DNA from: a virus
Taxonomy: Duplodnaviria > Caudoviricetes
Direction: 5' to 3' (one strand)
IMG/VR virus record: IMGVR_UViG_3300033148_003280
Location: 1 to 53,722 of that record
Length of the DNA: 53,722 nucleotides
Below the pieces are notes generated by a model. That model searched no databases. It saw only the letters and a list, made by a program, of their open reading frames with translations, and was not told where the DNA came from. The position numbers were made by a program, and so were the translations under genes. Shown one piece after another: positions 8,451 to 17,592 of this stretch. Position 1 is the first letter of the stretch. The number at the start of each line of letters is the position of its first letter.

Positions 8451-9226
8451 CGGTCTATATCCTCCTCTGGTTTTTTATGAACAGAATACTGCTCGGAATG
8501 CTGGATATAAGTCTTCAATCCTGTCGGCATCTCAAAGTACCGAGCATCGGAATCCTTAATGATTACCTCAAGCTCTACGGTCGTAGTATCACACACGAGC
8601 ACCTTATCCGAATGCTCTCTGAGAATCCTGATGCACATCTGATTATCCAATGCGCCGCGATTCATCCGGGTCGGATTATTCGGGGTTGGCATTGGCACCT
8701 GTCGCTTGCGGTGATTCAGCCCATCGCTCCATTTTTTCGGATATTCCTTGACCATCCTTTTCGCCACTTGCCGCAAGAACCCGGTTCTAAATACAGAGCA
8801 TCCAACAGGACAGTCGTGTTTGAAATATTTGTATGAGCCTTTTTTGGCCTTACGCATCTTATATGTCCATGCAACTTGCTTTGACGGATTCGCTTCCAAT
8901 GCCTGAACCATCCGTAGCGTATAGAACGGCGGGAACCTGTCATCCTCATCCCATATGAATGTGAAATCGGTTTTTGTTAATCTTAAATATTCCTCAAGTT
9001 TGAGCATCCATAGCGTCGGCCATACACCCTCGACATTTGCCTGGATAATATCGAACGGCATGTCGTGTCTTACGTGGGCGGGGAATTGCTTGTGTTTGTT
9101 CCGCTGATACAGAAGAAATAACTGCTTCAATTCGGGAGGGTATATTTGATCCTCAGTGTTTGCTATGGCGTGGGGAAGGTTCCGTGGAAGGAATGCCATT
9201 GTTAAATATCCGACCGTTGACTTCAT
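8447..9226 (-). CDS. GT-A (GT2-like) glycosyltransferase, paralog of 10260-10961
   Basis: YLTMA..AI....Q.YP N-terminus and WDEDDRF DxD-type motif. Confidence 0.65.
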   Translation of the reverse strand: MKSTVGYLTMAFLPRNLPHAIANTEDQIYPPELKQLFLLYQRNKHKQFPAHVRHDMPFDIIQANVEGVWPTLWMLKLEEYLRLTKTDFTFIWDEDDRFPPFYTLRMVQALEANPSKQVAWTYKMRKAKKGSYKYFKHDCPVGCSVFRTGFLRQVAKRMVKEYPKKWSDGLNHRKRQVPMPTPNNPTRMNRGALDNQMCIRILREHSDKVLVCDTTTVELEVIIKDSDARYFEMPTGLKTYIQHSEQYSVHKKPEEDIDR

Positions 9227-9522
9227 CTATTACTCCATCTAATTTCAAAAGATAGCCAACCAAAAATTATTTCGTCTTCATGTTTCCCAATATAGATTCT
9301 TAAATAATCATCCCATAGGTGATATAAAATATCTTTTAGCGACATGGTAAAATATTTCCATCCAAGGATTCTTAGCAGAGTTCCATTGTCCCAGCGCATT
9401 GTTATGCTCTTGCGATAATTAGATGCGTAGCACTTGTCTGGGTGAAATCTAATTACAAGTCCTATGTGCTTGATGTGCTCAATTTTCACGACAGGCTCTC
9501 CTCGATGCGGCTCGATAGCCAC
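9223..9522 (-). CDS. Hypothetical AT-rich protein
   Basis: ORF overlaps both neighbours and is visibly more AT-rich than they are. Confidence 0.5.
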   Translation of the reverse strand: MAIEPHRGEPVVKIEHIKHIGLVIRFHPDKCYASNYRKSITMRWDNGTLLRILGWKYFTMSLKDILYHLWDDYLRIYIGKHEDEIIFGWLSFEIRWSNR

Positions 9523-10267
9523 GACTTTTATTCAAATCATATGCTATCGCACTCACTCTCTCAAAACGTGCATCCTGCATTTCGGGCGTGACCAAGTGTT
9601 GCCAGCCGCGCCTGCCGATCTTATCGCTTTCCGGGAGCTGATCCATTACCTCAAGTTTTCGCTGCCGAATCTCCCAATACGGAGACCATACGAACCATGC
9701 GACATAGAGCAGTGGCGATTTTGCCTGCGGTCGCACCCTTGAATTGTGACGTCCGACATCGTAATGCCCATGCGCTCCACGGTGAAGTTGCCTTGAGTGA
9801 CGGCATCTCCAGAGTGGGTAATCCTTAGAGAATAGCCCGTGATGCTTCTGGGATAGCAGTGGGATATCAGGATCGAGTTTATCATCTGCGGTGTCAGGGG
9901 TATCAACCATCACAGCCGCATCAATCGGAAGGATGCATTTCATTATATGGGAGACGCTCTTAACGACACTCGTGAGATCCTGGGCAACGGCAAACTCGGT
10001 TATATTCAACGCCATTTTCCAGCCCTTACGTTTCCTCTCCTGCGTCATGACTTCTTTATCGGCTCCTGCACAAGAATAGAACGGTTGATAAACGGGCTTC
10101 ACGATATCCCATTCAGGAACCATCTCCCTGATGATATCCTCGGAGTTATCCTTACAGGGATAGAGTGTAATCACGCCATGATCGAATAGGCGCCGATGGT
10201 GTTCGAGCCAATACGGCAGGAGCGGTTCGCCGTCAAGAACGGTCGTGAATAGTGTAAATTTACTCAT
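9479..10267 (-). CDS. GT2-family glycosyltransferase-like protein (Glyco_tranf_2_4 type)
   Basis: TTVLDGEPLLPYWLEHHRRLFDHGVI....KDNSEDII, WKMALNITEF and YDVGRH. Start reassigned to MSKF. Confidence 0.7.
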   Translation of the reverse strand: MSKFTLFTTVLDGEPLLPYWLEHHRRLFDHGVITLYPCKDNSEDIIREMVPEWDIVKPVYQPFYSCAGADKEVMTQERKRKGWKMALNITEFAVAQDLTSVVKSVSHIMKCILPIDAAVMVDTPDTADDKLDPDIPLLSQKHHGLFSKDYPLWRCRHSRQLHRGAHGHYDVGRHNSRVRPQAKSPLLYVAWFVWSPYWEIRQRKLEVMDQLPESDKIGRRGWQHLVTPEMQDARFERVSAIAYDLNKSRGYRAASRRACREN

Positions 10268-10961
10268 CGATATTGACACCTTTACCTTTTCGGCGCGGGC
10301 CGCCATTGCCGCCTGATCTCATAAAGTAATATCGCATCCCGGCATGATCCATCATGCTTCGTGCATATCGTTTCCCGATAACCTTAATCAATGTGGGGTC
10401 AACCGTGAGGGTCATACCGTGTACAATGCGATGCCCATCGGGATGAATCGTTCGTACTTCAGGTACAACCGCTTTGAGTTCATTAGACATAAATGATAGC
10501 GTTCCATTTGAGCGCGGGTAAGTCCCCTCGACTATCTCTCCCTTTTTGACATAGTACGTTTTATTAGTCCATGTTCCGACTGCACCATATTCGACAATCG
10601 GCTCTACGATTTTGCGCGTATAATTCGTTTTGAATCTGTCATCCTCGTCCCACCATACCGCGATACTTTCCGGGTCGGTTAGTTCAATAAACGCTTCGAG
10701 CTTCGCAAGCCAGAGCGCGGGCCATTCTCCGGTAGCATAAGTATTCACGATGTTAATTAACGGACTGGTATTCTTAACGGTTCGATCCTGATGAATTAAC
10801 ACGATTGTCTTTTCGCCTGGGTAATCCTGCTCGATGGCATTGATGATAGCATTCTGCGTGTTGATCGCCTCGTAAGCCATTGTCAGGTATGTAACAGGCG
10901 GGAACTTATTTGGGATCGGTGAAGATTTTTGTTCCAACGTATCGTTTGCGTGCTCCGTCAT
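10260..10961 (-). CDS. GT-A (GT2-like) glycosyltransferase, paralog of 8447-9226
   Basis: VTYLTMA..EQDYP, G.WP.LW..KLE and WWDEDDRF. Confidence 0.65.
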   Translation of the reverse strand: MTEHANDTLEQKSSPIPNKFPPVTYLTMAYEAINTQNAIINAIEQDYPGEKTIVLIHQDRTVKNTSPLINIVNTYATGEWPALWLAKLEAFIELTDPESIAVWWDEDDRFKTNYTRKIVEPIVEYGAVGTWTNKTYYVKKGEIVEGTYPRSNGTLSFMSNELKAVVPEVRTIHPDGHRIVHGMTLTVDPTLIKVIGKRYARSMMDHAGMRYYFMRSGGNGGPRRKGKGVNIDE

Positions 10962-11493
10962 GCGCTATCACCCCCTCGCCTTCCGGGATGTGTTTTGATA
11001 GGCCCTGTAAATAACCGGCGGGGATTTTTTGAATATCAAGATCGCGCCCATTCTTATTAAGAAGATTTCCGAGTGCTACTTGATCGCCATGCTGCTTAGG
11101 GTTAGCGCGGAGATCACGAATCCACCATTTGATTATAACGCTCGCCTTAATAGAATTTCTGACGATCACTATTCCGCTACACCATGTTTTTCGGGTGCCG
11201 AAATAGAATGCACCGATATCGCAATCGAGTGTGTCAAAAAGAGCCGGATACTGCATGAACCAGGAGTCAACATCGACATGTATGATGTAGTCTATATCCT
11301 GATGTTCCAGCATCGCATTCAGAATAGACTGCGGCTTGTGATGCGTATTCGAATTCCACGATCCGCGAGAACGGATAACCTCAATATCAATCGGGATGCC
11401 GAATTTCTCACACGATGCCTGAAGCTTGTCGGCATCCTTTTGATACGGCCCTCCGGTGTGGAAGGCTTTAACTATCCAATTTTTATCACTCAT
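10906..11493 (-). CDS. Nucleotide-diphospho-sugar transferase-like GT-A protein
   Basis: L..SCEKFGI, W..NT..KP..IL, HVDVD (DxD), SG and DQ..L motifs. Confidence 0.7.
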   Translation of the reverse strand: MSDKNWIVKAFHTGGPYQKDADKLQASCEKFGIPIDIEVIRSRGSWNSNTHHKPQSILNAMLEHQDIDYIIHVDVDSWFMQYPALFDTLDCDIGAFYFGTRKTWCSGIVIVRNSIKASVIIKWWIRDLRANPKQHGDQVALGNLLNKNGRDLDIQKIPAGYLQGLSKHIPEGEGVIAHDGARKRYVGTKIFTDPK

Positions 11494-11506
11494 TCTTTCC
11501 GCTCCA

Positions 11507-12163
11507 TTAAAACATCTTCATCTGATTCGCTTCCTTGCTGATGCGCTCGACGGCTATCTTAAAGTAGCCCTCGTCTATCTCCACCCCAATAAATTTGCGG
11601 CCCAACTTCAACGCCGCCACGCCCGTTGTGCCACTGCCCATGAACGGGTCGAGGATGATATCTCCGTTTATCATCTTCAAACACCATACGAATAAAGCGA
11701 CCGGCTTCTGTGTCGGATGCTGCGATGATTCCCCCGATTCCGATGCCCGATATGCCCCCGTCCATAGATGCCTGAAGGCGCGGGGCTTTGTGCCGCACTT
11801 GTGCCATGCAAACTCGCCTTCGCTATTCCTAACCTTCAACCCATTCCGTGTGACCTTATCCCAGAAATACCACGCGCCCCGATATGCCGGGATGTAGTTA
11901 CAATAGTTGTTACATCCCCACAATAGCACATCAGAAAAATCTAAAAATGGTCGGGGGTCGAATGGTTTATTGTCGTTGGCTATCGCATTAAATCCTTGAC
12001 TGCCTCGTTGACGCCCTTCCATGGCGACAAAATCTATCCCATATGGTGGGTCAGTCACCACGGCATCCACCTTATCAAGCAACGGTAGCACGTCCATGCA
12101 GTCCGCATGATATAGCACAGCATCGCCTATTTCTACTTTATCGATGACTGCGGATTCGCTCAT
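11507..12163 (-). CDS. DNA N6-adenine/N4-cytosine methyltransferase (beta class)
   Basis: VTDPPYG, HPTQKP and ILDPFMGSGTTGVAA. Confidence 0.92.
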   Translation of the reverse strand: MSESAVIDKVEIGDAVLYHADCMDVLPLLDKVDAVVTDPPYGIDFVAMEGRQRGSQGFNAIANDNKPFDPRPFLDFSDVLLWGCNNYCNYIPAYRGAWYFWDKVTRNGLKVRNSEGEFAWHKCGTKPRAFRHLWTGAYRASESGESSQHPTQKPVALFVWCLKMINGDIILDPFMGSGTTGVAALKLGRKFIGVEIDEGYFKIAVERISKEANQMKMF

Positions 12164-12687
12164 TTTATCCCCACGAATTGAACATCCTGATTACATATGC
12201 CGAGCATATACCAATCGAACATTCCGTATTTGAAATGCCGCATGATATCATCCGGCGTGATGTTCTTGTAATGATCCGCCCATTTCCCTCCGAGCTTCAC
12301 CGTACCGGAAGCCCATGGGGTGCGATTGGTTGTTCCGTGTTCCGCGAACCTATAGCTGGCAGATATGAACATTAATCCGCCCGGCATCAATAGGTCATAC
12401 ATGCGCGGCAACGTCTCATCAAAATACATGTCGTGTTCCAGGGAATTCACGGAGCATACGACATCAAACATGACGCCCTTGAAGTCGATCTCGTGAAATA
12501 TGCCGATCTTGTCAACGTCCTTACCGGCAACAACATCAACCCCGGTGTAGTCGCAATTCTCAAACAGGGGCCGGAGAGAACCGTTGACATTGAGCGACCC
12601 CATTTCAAGGACTGACTTGAACTCGAAGAACCGGGGCATTGCTATTTTCAATCCCGCGCACCACTTCTGTTGTACTTTATGACTCAT
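12160..12687 (-). CDS. Class I SAM-dependent methyltransferase (small-molecule/glycan type)
   Basis: VLEMGSLNVNG, YTGVD...GKDVD, FDVV.S...LEHD and L.PGG. Confidence 0.8.
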   Translation of the reverse strand: MSHKVQQKWCAGLKIAMPRFFEFKSVLEMGSLNVNGSLRPLFENCDYTGVDVVAGKDVDKIGIFHEIDFKGVMFDVVCSVNSLEHDMYFDETLPRMYDLLMPGGLMFISASYRFAEHGTTNRTPWASGTVKLGGKWADHYKNITPDDIMRHFKYGMFDWYMLGICNQDVQFVGIK

Positions 12688-13277
12688 GCGATTCTCCTCA
12701 TAAATTCATCGATCTGTATCAGGTTAAGCCATGACGTTCTATTCGCATCGAATTCATCCCATGTGGGATCCGCCGGAATATCAAGTAAGGCTTGGCATCC
12801 ATGCCTGATAATACCACATCCCCAATCGATATCGACAACGAACATCTCAAGCTCCGGATCGGTACGCCTGAGTTTCAGATACGACTTGTAAGCCGTCCCA
12901 GACCATAAGGCCTGCCCTTCCTTGCGCTCCGGCGCGGCGTGGGCGGCAATTTTGGGATTGCAATCGTGCATCACGATAGTGCCGTTTGCCGCGAGACACT
13001 TCAGGGAATTTTGGATGTCACGATCAACCTGCTCCTCATGGTGATCGCCGTCGATGAAGATAATATCAAACAGGGCAGAAGGCGCTGTCTCAAAATATTC
13101 ATCCGAGCTAATGGCCTTGACGTTTGGGTTGATAAGCAACGGATTTATATCTATCCCAAATTTATTATCGCACTTGACGCGCGTAAAACATACCCCGTCT
13201 CTCGCGCCGATCTCTAAGTATCTTTTATGCCCATGCTTTTCTATCAGCCTATTAATTATTTCCCATCGGTACTTCAT
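12684..13277 (-). CDS. Class I SAM-dependent O-methyltransferase (Methyltransf_24-like)
   Basis: YLEIG..DG, FDIIFIDGDH and L..NGTIVMHD. Confidence 0.85.
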   Translation of the reverse strand: MKYRWEIINRLIEKHGHKRYLEIGARDGVCFTRVKCDNKFGIDINPLLINPNVKAISSDEYFETAPSALFDIIFIDGDHHEEQVDRDIQNSLKCLAANGTIVMHDCNPKIAAHAAPERKEGQALWSGTAYKSYLKLRRTDPELEMFVVDIDWGCGIIRHGCQALLDIPADPTWDEFDANRTSWLNLIQIDEFMRRIA

Positions 13278-14530
13278 CTCGTAAATATCACCAATCTTCT
13301 ATTATTCCATTTCTTATCGATGAAGATTTCCTTCATGTTCGTGAACCCGGTACATTCCATGACGAGCCTATTCATTTTATCCTTGTTGTTAAGCCCCGCT
13401 TTTATCACCGCACGCCCGGCCATGGCATCGCCGTGGGACGTCTCAAAAAACAGGGTGTCAGTGATCCTGCCTATTCTTTTAAGCGAATTCTTGGCGCTCT
13501 CTAAGCCTTCCTCTTTAAGTATCCACATGAAGGTCGAGAGGTAGCAGACGAAATCATATTCCGGGGGCTTTTCCAAGGCACTGGTAACTTTATCATTGAT
13601 AAATATCGTGCCGTCAATACCATAATAATTTTTGAGCGCATCGGCGACACGCACGGCCTGCGGATCACGCTCGAATCCGACCATTGCGGCCCCGAATCTA
13701 TTCAGCCAGAACGACATCCCGCCGACGGAACTGCCGAGGTCAAGCCCGGTCTTATTAGTAAAATCATACACGCCCTTCATTGCTTCTGCTCGTTTGCCCG
13801 TGTGTTTTCTATGAGATGTCTGCTCAATATTAAACGGTACATCATGATACATCCATCCCGGCCTGGTAGTAGAGCCCGGAACAAGTTTAGTCCCGAGGGC
13901 GGCCATTGCCCGACGAACTTCTTTCCACTCCTCTTGTTTATCAAGAAGATAGTTGATGGCGCGGCGAAGCATTACCTCATCGCCGTCTCTCTGGATAATT
14001 TTCAAAAGTCTCTTATTCGGCCAGGGTTCCGAGAAAGGCTCTCCGATAACGGTGGACATTGAGAAATCAATCAGCGTGATCCGCCCATCCTTAACCATTA
14101 TGTTCCGTGGGATAATATCGTTGTGTCGAATCCCGGCTTTTTTAAGTGTCCGTATGATGGACCCGATTTGCGCGTCCCAATCATCCGGCATATTCTCTGC
14201 TGAAAGGTGAACTCCAGCATCCGTCATCGTAACGCTGAATTCATCGTGACAGATATAGTGCGGAGCATGAACGCCATCCATTGCCTTTAGAGTGCGTACT
14301 TCGCTATCAATCATATAAGGATATTTGATAAGCCACGGTTCCTTAAAGCATTTCTGATGATTACCGTCTTCAAGCACGTTTACTATTGCGGTATGTCCTT
14401 GCCCGATAGGATATGGGCCTAAAAACATCCATCGATCAGTCGGACCACCAAGGATGTCATCACTGGGAATGTACGGAGGGTTTTTCCTTCGCGCCCTCCT
14501 CGCAATTCTTCTTTCCCTTGCGGTAGTCAC
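13274..14530 (-). CDS. Kinase-methyltransferase fusion
   Basis: N-terminal protein-kinase-like fold (GQGHTAIV, HNDIIPRNIMV, IDFS) and C-terminal class I MTase (LDLGSSVGG, GFERD). GAGGAGG RBS with GTG start. Confidence 0.8.
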   Translation of the reverse strand: MTTARERRIARRARRKNPPYIPSDDILGGPTDRWMFLGPYPIGQGHTAIVNVLEDGNHQKCFKEPWLIKYPYMIDSEVRTLKAMDGVHAPHYICHDEFSVTMTDAGVHLSAENMPDDWDAQIGSIIRTLKKAGIRHNDIIPRNIMVKDGRITLIDFSMSTVIGEPFSEPWPNKRLLKIIQRDGDEVMLRRAINYLLDKQEEWKEVRRAMAALGTKLVPGSTTRPGWMYHDVPFNIEQTSHRKHTGKRAEAMKGVYDFTNKTGLDLGSSVGGMSFWLNRFGAAMVGFERDPQAVRVADALKNYYGIDGTIFINDKVTSALEKPPEYDFVCYLSTFMWILKEEGLESAKNSLKRIGRITDTLFFETSHGDAMAGRAVIKAGLNNKDKMNRLVMECTGFTNMKEIFIDKKWNNRRLVIFTR

Positions 14531-14645
14531 TCGACTAATACCCTCCTCTGCTTAATCAAGGCAGGGGCGGCTCACGGAAGCCGCCCCCTCGTTAAAAATC
14601 GGAAAAGAACGCTGACTCGGCGACATTGCTATTGCACAATTAATA

Positions 14646-14918
14646 TTACCCATTCGATTTCCCATTCGTCTTATCGGATCTCCAGCCGCACTGGCAGATA
14701 AATGGCTTATCCACATCTTCGGATACTGCCTGTCCTCCGCAAACCGGGCATTTCTGGATACGCCGATTTGCAGATGCGAACTTACCATTAAACCCCTGTG
14801 GGTCTCTTGCCATTTCACGCACGAGATCAGCATTCAATTCTGCTTCTAAGCGATTGCGTTTTGATTGCTCTACAAATATATCAAGAATGATTTCCCTGTA
14901 TCCATCAATCAATGGCAT
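14646..14918 (-). CDS. Small Zn-ribbon protein
   Basis: CPVC...PFICQCGW; start at MPLIDG. Confidence 0.6.
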   Translation of the reverse strand: MPLIDGYREIILDIFVEQSKRNRLEAELNADLVREMARDPQGFNGKFASANRRIQKCPVCGGQAVSEDVDKPFICQCGWRSDKTNGKSNG

Positions 14919-15225
14919 CACCATCCTTATCAAATCGCAACCTGCAATCACGGTTGAGTTCCGAAACGACCTTACTTAATTCCTGGGTTGTGTCCCTGTC
15001 GCTCTGCATCATTGCCGCGTAATTACTAACGAACTCTATCGTTTTATCGAGTTGTTCTTCTTGCTGTTTCTGCATTTTGGATATGAACTGGTTTTGAGAG
15101 CGTTGCATCATGAAAATAACCACACCCAATATAACGACTACAATTGCGAGAGCGCCCAGGATGGGAGCGGCTGCGGTCAAGTTATTGATTGCGTTTGCAC
15201 CTTCAGTTATTGCTTCATTTGACAT
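14905..15225 (-). CDS. Holin-like single-TM protein
   Basis: One N-terminal TM (ILGALAIVVVILGVVIFMM) followed by a coiled coil; located after the tail genes. Confidence 0.55.
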   Translation of the reverse strand: MSNEAITEGANAINNLTAAAPILGALAIVVVILGVVIFMMQRSQNQFISKMQKQQEEQLDKTIEFVSNYAAMMQSDRDTTQELSKVVSELNRDCRLRFDKDGDAID

Positions 15226-15237
15226 TTGAACCTCGTA

Positions 15238-15402
15238 TTACGGGCGAGACTTTTTCCATCCGCATTTACACACAAATGGATCGCCCGGTCGGTTTGATAC
15301 TACAACGGTATTGCATTTCTCACATCGCACCGTTTTAATCGCACCGCCGCTTGGCTTCCTATTCTCGACTTTGAGTTTATCAACTTTCCTATGTTCAACC
15401 AT
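15238..15402 (-). CDS. 54-aa Zn-ribbon protein (absent from the ORF track)
   Basis: TAATG coupling with the upstream gene; MVEHRK...CEKC...PFVCKCGWKKSRP*. Confidence 0.65.
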   Translation of the reverse strand: MVEHRKVDKLKVENRKPSGGAIKTVRCEKCNTVVVSNRPGDPFVCKCGWKKSRP

Positions 15403-16223
15403 TAGATACCCTCCACATAAGTAGGATTTCTGAGTTTCGTTTCTGAAACGGTCACCACTTCAATGCCTGAATCAATCATGCCTTTTATCAGCGCATCGAC
15501 TTGCTTGACGCGATACCAGGTTTTATTTTTTCTGGCAATATCCCTGTGCTTTGTTTTATTCCAGTACATGTTACCGTACATGTCGATACCGCACATAATG
15601 ATACGCCTCTTTTTGGGAGGCTCCGGTTTTATCATCAACTTCTCGGCAATTTGAAGGAATGAACCAAATACCGTCCCGCCTGCATGTATGAGAGGGGAGT
15701 CGACGTTGATGTGTGCCGGATCAAGCAATGGCCTTGATACATCGAATACTAATCTAAACCAAGGATAATATTTGGCAATGCTTTTCCGCTCGACAATCGG
15801 CATGGGGAATTCACCGCGATTGAATTCCTTCAACCCGAATTTACGACCGCTCTTTTCCATCCTAAATGCCATATCGTTGAAATATTTCTCGTTTCTTAAT
15901 AGCGGGTCTTGAGCCCCAAATACGCTTGCCTTGACAGGCGCATCGCAGGCTCCATTCAAGGCAACTACAAATTTACCTTCCAGCTTATCGTAATGCGGAA
16001 CGCCGTTCGGCCCTGATCCGAGCAAAACTATTTCCTCCGGCCACCTCATCCCGCTCGTCAAAACGTTGACGAAATTACCGGCTTCGACATGTAGCATTTG
16101 CCCGGATGCGACGAAACGCTCCGCGTTTTTCGGGTTAAAGCGAACGACTCTACCGGCCTTATATACCCTTTGCCGATACATCATAGGCTTTAAGATTTTA
16201 TAAGTTTCTGCTCTATTGCCCAT
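15402..16223 (-). CDS. Sialyltransferase/Maf (MptE-like fold) glycosyltransferase-like protein
   Basis: IVLLGSGP, VVALN, D, GGTV....LQIA and IIMCGIDM motifs typical of the CstII/Maf-like fold. Confidence 0.6.
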   Translation of the reverse strand: MGNRAETYKILKPMMYRQRVYKAGRVVRFNPKNAERFVASGQMLHVEAGNFVNVLTSGMRWPEEIVLLGSGPNGVPHYDKLEGKFVVALNGACDAPVKASVFGAQDPLLRNEKYFNDMAFRMEKSGRKFGLKEFNRGEFPMPIVERKSIAKYYPWFRLVFDVSRPLLDPAHINVDSPLIHAGGTVFGSFLQIAEKLMIKPEPPKKRRIIMCGIDMYGNMYWNKTKHRDIARKNKTWYRVKQVDALIKGMIDSGIEVVTVSETKLRNPTYVEGI

Positions 16224-16230
16224 TAATCAG

Positions 16231-17586
16231 TTACACGTTCTCCGGCATATTTTCTATCGCTAAACAATGCTTAATCGTATCGGCTGAATCATCCACGTTG
16301 GTTGTCTTGTCCCAGTTTGCGGGTGTGTCGAAGTCCGCATAGTCAGCGGAAGGTAGAAGCAGGTTCACAAGGTCGCCGTCGTGGATATAATAGACGTTGA
16401 TATTGTTGAAGCTGTCACACGTTATCTGTGGCCATGAGAATGTTTCAAGTGCGCCGCTGGTCTGCAGGGTTATCGGGTCGCTCCATCCGTTGGCTGTTCG
16501 GCGTAGGTAAATAAGTTCATTCCCGGCGGGAATCGTGTCCACGAGAATGACGTGTATCGTGTCATCGACCGGGTTGTGGGTGGCTTTGTGGTTGGATGCC
16601 AGGGTGGTGGCGGCGTAGACGGCATACATCCCAACAGTTTCATTATAACTCAGCGGCCCCGCTACAACAGAAGGAAAAATATATCCATAAAGTACGTTAT
16701 TTATAGTAGCAAATATCCATAGGTAGTCTGATTTGTCGGCTACTATCTGTGGGTAATCACCAAAACGTCCCGTATCAACATACCGATAACCAGCATAGAT
16801 AGATTCGGCCAAATTAAGGCTTTGATCAGCGGTATCACGGAACACCGCCACATACCACGGCGACAACTGCTGTGTCATTGCAATGGAATAGTGGGAGTCT
16901 TCCATCCCTGCGCCTGTATATATTACCCAATTAGGGACACCCGCCGATAAGTCAATATAGCATCCATGGAAGGAAACACCCAACGGTTGTTCCATCAACA
17001 TCCCATGCACAAAGTTCTGCCGTGTTTCCACGTCCACTGCAAGCCATGCCTTATTGTTATCGTCATCCAATAAATTCCATGCACCATCAGCGATCCAGTT
17101 AGCATTTGCGTTTTGCCAGTATTCCAAGTCGTTGCTAACCGCCTCGATATGCGCGACGCCCCACTCCCCAGCGGTCGAGTAGGCTATACCGCATCGCTGA
17201 TTCGTCCATTGGCCTTGTAGCGAGTCCGTGCAGATTGTCGTTTGCACGAATGCGCTCGTGACCGTATCCCAAAACACAATCCGCAATTCATCCGCTACCG
17301 GGATCGTGTATGCTTTCAATGCACCATCCGCCACGGCGTTCGTAATATCCCCAGTCACAATGATAAGTGTATTCCCCCCGATGAATACCGACATATTAAC
17401 AACCCAGTCTCCATCATTACCCGTGCTACCGTTGACCTCGAATGTAACGCCGGGCGCAAATTCCGCAGTTTGATCCCCGGCGATACTGAATGATTCGCCG
17501 ACGGTATCAACCGCGACAATATTATACGCAGCCCCGTAAGCTCGCGATGTCGATGTTACCCCATATATGCACGGCCATCTATACAT
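16231..17586 (-). CDS. Tail/receptor-binding structural protein (beta-propeller-like repeats)
   Basis: Position in the tail module; beta-rich, with repeated P.I..D....I.V.Y blades. Confidence 0.55.
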   Translation of the reverse strand: MYRWPCIYGVTSTSRAYGAAYNIVAVDTVGESFSIAGDQTAEFAPGVTFEVNGSTGNDGDWVVNMSVFIGGNTLIIVTGDITNAVADGALKAYTIPVADELRIVFWDTVTSAFVQTTICTDSLQGQWTNQRCGIAYSTAGEWGVAHIEAVSNDLEYWQNANANWIADGAWNLLDDDNNKAWLAVDVETRQNFVHGMLMEQPLGVSFHGCYIDLSAGVPNWVIYTGAGMEDSHYSIAMTQQLSPWYVAVFRDTADQSLNLAESIYAGYRYVDTGRFGDYPQIVADKSDYLWIFATINNVLYGYIFPSVVAGPLSYNETVGMYAVYAATTLASNHKATHNPVDDTIHVILVDTIPAGNELIYLRRTANGWSDPITLQTSGALETFSWPQITCDSFNNINVYYIHDGDLVNLLLPSADYADFDTPANWDKTTNVDDSADTIKHCLAIENMPENV

Positions 17587-17592
17587 GTTGTC

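Noticed and set aside
8447-14530. DNA hypermodification pathway as the main interpretation
   Set aside because: A DNA MTase is embedded, but no hydroxymethylase, TET/JBP, Dpd or nucleotide-kinase gene is recognisable, and the genes lie in the late operon. Not fully excluded.
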